DNA from: an uncultured Bacteroidales bacterium | GTDB taxonomy: Bacteria; Bacteroidota; Bacteroidia; Bacteroidales; GCA-2748055 | Direction: 5' to 3' | Assembly (NCBI GenBank): GCA_963732905.1 | Contig: CAVTBM010000001.1 | Location: 712,649-776,648, forward strand | Length of the DNA stretch: 64,000 bases | In this document: positions 56,734 to 64,000 of the stretch, in pieces | How positions within the stretch are numbered: the stretch's first letter is position 1 | How the letters are laid out: the number at the start of each line of letters is the position of its first letter | Notes under the pieces: model-generated | Told to the model about the DNA's origin: nothing | The model's input: only the letters and a program-made list of their open reading frames with translations | The model's database searches: none | Program-made: the position numbers and the translations under genes

Positions 56734-56741
56734 CAAATTTA
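56734..56741 (-). promoter_or_regulatory. Candidate -7 box for glgX (the plus strand reads CAAATTTA).
   Basis: It is the reverse complement of TAAATTTG and matches TAnnTTTG, 100 nt upstream of the glgX ATG. Confidence 0.3.
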
Positions 56742-56905
56742 CAACGATTTGAACGATTCCGAAGCACACATGTTTAAACTAACAGACATTTACAGGCAAT
56801 GTCCTGAAGATTAACAAGACCGGTGAACAATTGTTTTTCTCACGAACTCCCCTTGTTTCATTCTGAACGTGCATAATGAGTTCCATCATTGACCTGATCA
56901 AAGGA

Positions 56906-56913
56906 TAATTTTG
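56906..56913 (+). promoter_or_regulatory. Candidate -7 box (TAATTTTG) for the treZ-glgE-treS operon.
   Basis: Exact TAnnTTTG match 38 nt upstream of the ATG at 56951. Confidence 0.35.
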
Positions 56914-56950
56914 TCTGTGTCTGCATATTTCTCTGAATTGTTGTGTTATT

Positions 56951-58787
56951 ATGAGTATTCGAAAGCCAGTCGGTGCAAATTATATTTCAGATCGTTGTGA
57001 ATTCAGTCTTTGGGCCCCATTTTCGCAGCAAGTCTGGCTGGAATTGCCAGGGGAAGATCATGCCCGGTTCAGATTGAACCCGGGTGAGTATGGATACTGG
57101 GATCTGACTTTACAGGATCTGCCGCCAGGAACAAAATATCTCTTTAACCCCGATAATTCTGGTGCCCGTCCCGACCCGGCTTCCAGGTCTCAGCCCGAAG
57201 GGGTTCATGGTCCTTCGGAGGTTCTCAGCCTTCATGATTATTCCTGGGATGATGGACAGTGGAAGAATATCCCGCTCCCGGACTATATCATCTATGAACT
57301 GCACACCGGTACGTTTACTCCAGGCGGAGATTTTGAAGGCATCATCTCGAAACTCGGTTACCTTGCCGAGTCTGGGCATCACAGCCATAGAACTGATGCC
57401 TGTGGCAACTTTCACAGGAAAAAGGAACTGGGGTTACGACGGTGTTTATCCCTTTGCCGTTCAACATTCCTACGGCGGACCCCACGGACTGATGAAACTT
57501 GTGGATGCATGCCATGAGAGAGGGCTGGCGCTGATCCTGGATGTGGTGTATAACCACCTTGGTCCGGAAGGGAATTACTTAGCTTCCTTTGGCCCGTATT
57601 TTACATCGAAGTACCACACGCCCTGGGGCAAAGCCGTAAATTTTGACGACCGTTACAGCGACGGTTTCCGGAATTATGTCGTTCAGAATGCGCTGATGTG
57701 GTTCAGGGATTTCCATATTGATGCCCTCCGGCTCGATGCCGTTCATGCGATTTTTGACATCAGCGCAAAACATATTATGCAGGAACTGGCCGAAGAAACG
57801 GCCCGTATCAACCTTGAAACCGGAAGAGATCATTACCTGATTGCCGAATCGGACCTGAATAATACACGGTATATCACTCCGATAGTCAAAGGCGGGTATG
57901 GCCTGGATGCCCAGTGGAGCGATGATTTTCATCACTCCCTTCATGCTTTGGTGACGGGGGAGAAAGATGGCTATTATGCGGATTTCGGGGATATCGCAAA
58001 ACTTGAAAAAGCATTCTCTTCTGCATTTGTCTTCGATGGAAAATATTCAGGTTACAGAAAAAGGACATTCGGTAGTGAAACCGGAGAGAACCCGGCCTCC
58101 CGGTTTGTGGTCTTTGCCCAGAATCATGATCAGACAGGCAACAGGAAAAACGGGGAGAGATTGAGTAGCCTGGTGGATTTCGAAACACTAAAACTGGTCG
58201 CGGGAACCGTCCTGACCAGTCCTTTTCTGCCCCTATTATTCATGGGGGAGGAATATGGGGAAACAAGACCGTTTCTCTATTTTGTAAGCCATTTGGATCC
58301 CGGACTCAATACACAGGTCAGGGAAGGCAGGCAAAAAGAATTGGCTGCATTTTATGAAAACAGCATCAGCGAGATCGATGACCCCTCCGATGAGGAAACC
58401 TTCCTGAAATCAAAGTTAAGCTGGAACCAGGAAGCGGATGAACATGCACAGATTCTCGAAAGGTATTACCGTACCTTAATCTCATTGAGGAAAAACCATC
58501 CCGTGTTTTCCATACCAGATAAGAATAACCTGGAGACTTCCTGCAGGGGGAAGGTGCTTGAAGTACATCGCTGGCAGAACAAATCAACGGTATGGTGTTT
58601 TTATAATTACGGAACTGAACCGGAATACATCACACTTCCGGCTTCCGGGGAAAATACCTTCCGGAAGCTGATCGATTCGTCGGGGCAGGAATGGCTCGGG
58701 CCAGGGAACAATAGCCCGGATATCCCCGGAAAACATGAACGGATCAGGGTAAATGAAAATTCTATGATAATCTATACAACGTCTTAA
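56951..58787 (+). pseudogene. treZ: Malto-oligosyltrehalose trehalohydrolase (TreZ, GH13) interrupted by a +1 frameshift near 57371.
   Basis: ORF 56951-57517 reads as TreZ up to ...FEGIISKLGYLAE. ORF 57162-58787 reads as TreZ from LGITAIELMPVATFTGKRNWGYDGV...LILDVVYNHLGPEGNYL...DALRLDAVHAI onward. The junction is gag-t-ctg-ggc at 57368-57377. Confidence 0.8.
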
Positions 58788-58789
58788 TT

Positions 58790-60784
58790 ATGAATGGGAA
58801 ACAAAGGGTCATTATTGAAAATGTCAGGCCACGGATCAATTGTGGCAAATTCCCTGTAAAAAGAGTCGTCAACGAAAAGGTACAGGTTACGGCCGATATT
58901 TATTGTGACGGGCATGATGAACTGAGTGCTGAACTTCTTTACCGGAGGGAAAGCCAGAAAGACTGGGCGGCTTTGCCTATGGAACATGAGGGGAACGATC
59001 TCTGGACAGGATCCTTCGTCATCGACAGCATGGAAGATTATGTGTATACCGTCAGGGCCTGGATAGGACGGTTTATGTCGTGGTACCGCGACATTCTGAA
59101 ACGCATTGAAGCCGATACCGATTATGAGGCCGATCTGCTTGTCGGTGCCGGGCTCATCGGGGAAGTCCTGCAAAGTGAGAAGGCCATGGTCATCGACGAC
59201 AGGAAATTTCTGTCGGGCGTCATGGAGGTCTTCAGATCCAATGTACTGTCGAAGGTTGGAAAGACAGAAAGTATTCTCAGTGGAGAGCTGTTTGCAGTTA
59301 TGCAAAATTACCCGGTGAGGAAGTCTGTCACGATGTACGACCTGGAGCTAAAGGTTTTGGTGGACAGGCCAAAAGCCGGATTTAGCGCATGGTATGAGAT
59401 GTTCCCGCGCTCGGCTAAGTCGGGCAGCCTCGAATATGCTTCCTTTAAAGATGTCATTGAACGACTGCCGTATGTAGCTGATCTTGGATTTGATGTGCTT
59501 TACCTTCCGCCGGTTCATCCTATCGGGAAAACCAAACGCAAAGGACCTAACAACAGTGTCAAGGCCGGCCCGGATGACCCGGGATCTCCCTGGGCAATCG
59601 GCAGCAGTGAAGGCGGACATAAAGCACTTCATCCGAAGTTGGGCAATTTCGATGATTTTAAGCGACTCATGGAAAAAGCCGCAGAACTTCACATCGAGCT
59701 GGCCCTCGACATTGCTTTTCAATGTTCACCGGATCATCCGTATGTGAAAGAACATCCGCAATGGTTCAGGAAGAGACCCGACGGTTCCGTCCAGTATGCT
59801 GAAAATCCACCTAAAAAATACGAAGATATCTTTCCCCTGGATTTTGAATCCGACGACTGGGAAGCATTGTGGGATGAGCTGAAAAGTATTTTCCTGTTCT
59901 GGATCGAAAAAGGTGTCCGGATCTTCAGGGTCGACAATCCGCATACCAAGTCTTTCCATTTCTGGGGCTGGGTGATCGGTGAAGTGAGAAAAAAGGATCC
60001 TCAGGTCATATTCCTCGCAGAAGCCTTTACCCGCCCAAAAGTCATGTGTCAGCTCGCCAAACAGGGCTTCACCCAGTCTTATACTTATTTCACCTGGCGC
60101 AATACTAAGGAGGAACTGACGAAGTACATGAAAATTCTTGTCGGCACGGATTTCTCTGAATTTTTGAGACCAAACCTGTGGCCGAATACTCCGGATATCC
60201 TTCCCGAATACCTCCAGGCCGGCGGGAAACCTGCTTTCATCATCAGGCTCGCACTGGCCGCAACATTAAGCTCAAATTACGGGATTTACGGACCGGCATT
60301 TGAACTGATGGAAAACAGGCCCATGGAAGCTGGCTCCGAAGAATATCTCAATTCGGAAAAATATGAGGTGAAAGACTGGAATACGGATGACAGGAAAAGC
60401 CTTAAAAATATTATCAAAAAGGTCAACGAAATCAGAAACACGAATCCTGCCCTTCAATCCAATAGTTCTCTTACTTTTCATGAAATCAACAATGACCAGA
60501 TCCTCTGTTACAGCAAGCATACCGACGACTATTCCAGCATCGTGCTCGTTGTGGTAAACCTGGATCCCCACCACACTCAGACGGGATGGGTATTTTTCCC
60601 GGTCGATAAGTATGATATGGAAGACCATGGACCTTATCAGGTGCAGGATATGCTCGGCGGAGCCTTTTATCTCTGGAACGGATCTTTCAATTACGTTGAA
60701 CTCAATCCCGGCATCATGCCGGTGCATATTTTCAAAGTCAGGAAAAAAGTCAGAACCGAAAAGGACTTTGATTATTTCATGTAA
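58790..60784 (+). CDS. glgE: Alpha-1,4-glucan:maltose-1-phosphate maltosyltransferase GlgE.
   Basis: 664 aa. N-terminal VIIENVRPRINCGKFPVKRVV (DUF3416-type domain), YLPPVHPIG, IFRVDNPHTK and FLAEAFTRP. Confidence 0.92.
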   Translation: MNGKQRVIIENVRPRINCGKFPVKRVVNEKVQVTADIYCDGHDELSAELLYRRESQKDWAALPMEHEGNDLWTGSFVIDSMEDYVYTVRAWIGRFMSWYRDILKRIEADTDYEADLLVGAGLIGEVLQSEKAMVIDDRKFLSGVMEVFRSNVLSKVGKTESILSGELFAVMQNYPVRKSVTMYDLELKVLVDRPKAGFSAWYEMFPRSAKSGSLEYASFKDVIERLPYVADLGFDVLYLPPVHPIGKTKRKGPNNSVKAGPDDPGSPWAIGSSEGGHKALHPKLGNFDDFKRLMEKAAELHIELALDIAFQCSPDHPYVKEHPQWFRKRPDGSVQYAENPPKKYEDIFPLDFESDDWEALWDELKSIFLFWIEKGVRIFRVDNPHTKSFHFWGWVIGEVRKKDPQVIFLAEAFTRPKVMCQLAKQGFTQSYTYFTWRNTKEELTKYMKILVGTDFSEFLRPNLWPNTPDILPEYLQAGGKPAFIIRLALAATLSSNYGIYGPAFELMENRPMEAGSEEYLNSEKYEVKDWNTDDRKSLKNIIKKVNEIRNTNPALQSNSSLTFHEINNDQILCYSKHTDDYSSIVLVVVNLDPHHTQTGWVFFPVDKYDMEDHGPYQVQDMLGGAFYLWNGSFNYVELNPGIMPVHIFKVRKKVRTEKDFDYFM

Positions 60785-60790
60785 CTCTAA

Positions 60791-63700
60791 ATGTCAGCCA
60801 TTGTGAAAAAAAAGTCCGATACTCTGTGGTATAAAGATGCAATCATCTATCAGCTCCACGTCCAGTCTTACTTCGACAGTAACGACGATGGCATTGGTGA
60901 CTTTAACGGTCTTGTTAAGAAGCTTGACTATCTGAAGTCACTTGGTGTCAATGCATTATGGATACTTCCGTTTTATCCGTCCCCAATGAAGGATGGCGGA
61001 TATGATATTTCCGATTATTCAGGGATTCATTCTTCATACGGGACCCTTGCCGATTTCAGGAAGTTCATCCGCGAAGCTCACAACCGTGATCTGAAAGTTA
61101 TAACTGAACTGGTACTCAATCATACCTCCAACCAGCACAAATGGTTTCAGAAGGCAAGGGAAGCCAGCCCTCGCAGCAGCACCCGGAATTTTTATGTCTG
61201 GAACGACTCTCCCGATAAGTACAATGAAGCACGTATCATCTTCCAGGATTTTGAATCCAGCAACTGGTCATGGGATCCGGTTGCCAAGGCATATTACTGG
61301 CATCGCTTCTATTCACACCAGCCTGATCTGAATTTTGAAAACCCTGCCGTGCATAAAGCGGTATTTAAAATACTCGATTTCTGGTTTGATATCGGTGTCG
61401 ATGGTTTACGTCTCGATGCTGTGCCATACCTATATGAACAGGAAGGTACCAATTGTGAGAATTTGCCCGAAACGCACAAATTCCTGAAGATGCTCCGTGC
61501 CTATATCGATGAAAAATGGGATAACAGGATGCTTCTTGCCGAAGCGAACCAGTGGCCCGAGGACTCGTCAGCCTATTTTGGTAATGGAGATGAATGTCAC
61601 ATGGCATTTAACTTTCCTCTCATGCCCCGGCTCTATATGAGTATGAAAATGGAGGATTATTTCCCGATTATCGATATTATGGATCAAATGCCGGAGATTC
61701 CCGGTAATTGCCAGTGGGCCATCTTTCTCAGGAACCATGATGAGCTGACCCTCGAAATGGTTACCGATGAGGAACGGGATTACATGTATAAAAGCTTCAC
61801 GAGCGATCCCCGTCAGCGGATCAACCTGGGCATCAGGCGCAGGCTTGCTCCTTTGCTCGGAAACGACATCCGTAAAATCGAGATCATGAATATGCTCCTT
61901 TTTTCATTGCCGGGCACTCCCATCATTTATTACGGGGATGAGATCGGCATGGGAGACAATCATTACCTGGGTGACCGCGATGGTGTAAGGACACCCATGC
62001 AATGGTCGCCGAATAAAAATGCAGGTTTCTCTAACAGTGACCCGCAGCGTCTTTTCCTGCCTGTGATCATAAACTATGAATATCATTATGAAGGTCTGAA
62101 TGTCGACAACCAGGAAAGAAACCAGTCATCCCTGCTTTGGTGGATGAGAAGGGTGATTGCCAAACGGAAGCAATACAAAGCTTTCAGCCGGGGCAGCATC
62201 CGGTTCCTGAATACGGGCAACCCGCGGGTGCTGTCTTTCATCCGGGAGTATGAAAACGAAAAGATCCTTGTGCTGATCAACCTATCGCGTTATTCCCAGA
62301 TTGCACATATCGAGCTCAGCGGTTACGCCGGATATGTCCCGGTCGAAGTCTTCAGCCAGAATGAATTCCCGGAGATTGAGACTGCTGATTACTATTTCCC
62401 TCTTCAGTTTAAAGACTATTTCTGGTTTGAACTTAAAAAAACCGATGAACAGAAAAAACTCGAAATTGATGGTTTGAATTTTACGGTATCCCTGAAGAAG
62501 AATGACTGGAACAGGCTTACCCCCGAAACCATGAAAAAGATAGAGGACATTTTGCTGAATTATATAAGCAAAAGCCGCTGGTTCAGAGGGAAGGCCAGGA
62601 AGATCAAGGGGATTGAAATTACTGACACACTTCCGGTCAGCGACAATGAATATGTCACCCATATCCTTATGGTGGATATTGGCTATTTCCAGAGTAAGCC
62701 TGAAACGTACCTGTTCCCTGTGTCTGTAGCTGTCGGTGACCAGGCTTCACATATAAAGGATGCTAATCCACATGCCGTACTTACCAATGTGGATTTTGAA
62801 ACTACGGGCGGGGTCCTTTATGACGGTGTGTATAACCCGGTCCTCCAGGAAAAACTCTTCGAGCTGATCGTAAATGGAGGTAAACTGAAGGGGAAATCCG
62901 GTACCATCATCGGGAAGCCCGGGAAGCATTTAAGCCGGCTGGTGAAAAAGGCGGAGTTACCTCTTCCGTCTCACGTCGTAAGCGCCGACCAGTCCAATAC
63001 TTCCATCCTCTATGATAACAGGCTATTCTATAAGATATACAGAAGCCCTGAAGAGGGTAAGAACCCGGAGATAGAAATCCTGAAATTCCTGACGGAAAAG
63101 ACGCGGTTTAAAAATCTGCCTTCTTTCGCAGGTTCCCTCGAATATAGCAGGCCAAACAATGAGATGATCTCCCTGGCAACACTGGCTGCTTTTATCCCAA
63201 ACCAGGGAAATGCCTGGGAACTTACACAGTCCTTTATAAGTGAATTCTTCAACAGGATCAGTTCATCCAAACATCGTATCTCTTCGCCGCCGGATTATAT
63301 GCCTGCCCTGCTCGACGATTACAAGGAACCTGACAGGAAACGGCTGGATGAACTGATCGATCATTTCTACCTTGAAATGGTAGCACTTCTTGGTAAAAGG
63401 ACTGCGGAGATGCATTTGTCCATCGCGTCGGTAAAAGATGATCCCGACTTTGTTCCGGAGCCTTTCTCCCTGCTGTACCAGAAATCCATGTACCAGACGT
63501 TTCGAACCCTGGTAAAACGAACCTTCACCGATCTGCGGGCTAACCGGCGAAAGATACCGGAAAACAGCCTGGACCTTCTCGACAGTGTTCTGGATAATGA
63601 ATCGGGCATTCTGGAAAAGCTGAAGAACATCCTGGCCACGGAGAAAATCAGCTCCATGAAAACCCGGATCCATGGTGACTACCATCTTGGTCAGGTTCTT

Positions 63701-64000
63701 TTTACCGGGAAAGATTTTATCATCATTGATTTTGAAGGCGAGCCGATCCGGTCACTGAGTGCCAGGAAGCTGAAATACTGTCCCTTCCGGGATGTGGCGG
63801 GAATGCTCAGATCGTTCCATTACGCGGCCTATATGGGACTTCAAAACCAGGAGAACCTCTATCCGGGAAGTTCTCAGATGTTCGAACCCTGGGTCGAGCA
63901 CTGGTATAAGAACGTCAGTTACCAGTTCCTTCAGTCGTACCTGGAGACAGCAGCAGGTGCTACGTTCATCCCCCGGCAGCAGGAACATATCGAAGTGCTG
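60791..64000 (+). CDS. treS: Trehalose synthase (maltose alpha-D-glucosyltransferase) fused to maltokinase (TreS-Pep2/Mak). Partial: it continues beyond the window.
   Basis: I translated this myself; it is absent from the ORF track because there is no stop in the window. MSAIVKKKSDTLWYKDAIIYQLHVQSYFDSNDDGIGDFNGL...GVDGLRLDAVPYL...LRNHDELTLEMV is TreS-like. The 3' part reads ...RIHGDYHLGQVLFTGKDFIIIDFEGEP...RDVAGMLRSFHYAA, which is the maltokinase signature. Confidence 0.92.
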   Translation, partial: MSAIVKKKSDTLWYKDAIIYQLHVQSYFDSNDDGIGDFNGLVKKLDYLKSLGVNALWILPFYPSPMKDGGYDISDYSGIHSSYGTLADFRKFIREAHNRDLKVITELVLNHTSNQHKWFQKAREASPRSSTRNFYVWNDSPDKYNEARIIFQDFESSNWSWDPVAKAYYWHRFYSHQPDLNFENPAVHKAVFKILDFWFDIGVDGLRLDAVPYLYEQEGTNCENLPETHKFLKMLRAYIDEKWDNRMLLAEANQWPEDSSAYFGNGDECHMAFNFPLMPRLYMSMKMEDYFPIIDIMDQMPEIPGNCQWAIFLRNHDELTLEMVTDEERDYMYKSFTSDPRQRINLGIRRRLAPLLGNDIRKIEIMNMLLFSLPGTPIIYYGDEIGMGDNHYLGDRDGVRTPMQWSPNKNAGFSNSDPQRLFLPVIINYEYHYEGLNVDNQERNQSSLLWWMRRVIAKRKQYKAFSRGSIRFLNTGNPRVLSFIREYENEKILVLINLSRYSQIAHIELSGYAGYVPVEVFSQNEFPEIETADYYFPLQFKDYFWFELKKTDEQKKLEIDGLNFTVSLKKNDWNRLTPETMKKIEDILLNYISKSRWFRGKARKIKGIEITDTLPVSDNEYVTHILMVDIGYFQSKPETYLFPVSVAVGDQASHIKDANPHAVLTNVDFETTGGVLYDGVYNPVLQEKLFELIVNGGKLKGKSGTIIGKPGKHLSRLVKKAELPLPSHVVSADQSNTSILYDNRLFYKIYRSPEEGKNPEIEILKFLTEKTRFKNLPSFAGSLEYSRPNNEMISLATLAAFIPNQGNAWELTQSFISEFFNRISSSKHRISSPPDYMPALLDDYKEPDRKRLDELIDHFYLEMVALLGKRTAEMHLSIASVKDDPDFVPEPFSLLYQKSMYQTFRTLVKRTFTDLRANRRKIPENSLDLLDSVLDNESGILEKLKNILATEKISSMKTRIHGDYHLGQVLFTGKDFIIIDFEGEPIRSLSARKLKYCPFRDVAGMLRSFHYAAYMGLQNQENLYPGSSQMFEPWVEHWYKNVSYQFLQSYLETAAGATFIPRQQEHIEVL

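Overview
All calls below come from reading the sequence and ORF translations by eye. No searches were run, and family names rest on remembered motifs.

The window looks like a Bacteroidota-type chromosomal segment. Supporting signs are a TonB-dependent receptor next to a DUF4249 lipoprotein, a fused CcsBA, and TAnnTTTG-type -7 boxes. There are about 45 credible CDS. I recognised no rRNA, tRNA, CRISPR array, transposase, integrase or phage gene.

Layout:
- 1-10 kb: envelope and glycan-related membrane proteins on the minus strand, interrupted by unusual non-coding repeats. These are a ~260-bp tandem array, a related microsatellite module, and a 25-copy 28-bp array.
- 10-19 kb: a DEAD-box helicase and a four-gene outer-membrane operon (DUF4249 lipoprotein, unknown protein, TonB-dependent receptor, MG2/plug-like protein).
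- 19-29 kb: HEAT protein, tandem Usp, MFS pump, a three-gene two-component relay, and an Nramp-Usp fusion.
- 29-46.6 kb: the most striking content. Two diverged paralogous seven-gene operons each combine a caa3-type cytochrome c oxidase (CoxII-c, CoxI, CoxIII, CtaG, a 72-aa membrane protein) with a Rieske / cytochrome b-c fusion complex. CcsBA, heme O synthase and a cupin gene separate the two copies.
- 46.6-53 kb: glycerol kinase, a methyltransferase remnant, an aldehyde dehydrogenase, a low-GC DUF1761/AraC pair, and a baeRF3-like release-factor-fold protein.
- 53-64 kb: alpha-glucan and trehalose genes (GlgX, a frameshifted TreZ, GlgE, a TreS-maltokinase fusion running off the right edge).

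I found no convincing defence-type or mobile system. The most novel candidates are the duplicated bc-caa3 operon architecture with its small conserved subunit, the repeat arrays, and the uncharacterised outer-membrane operon.
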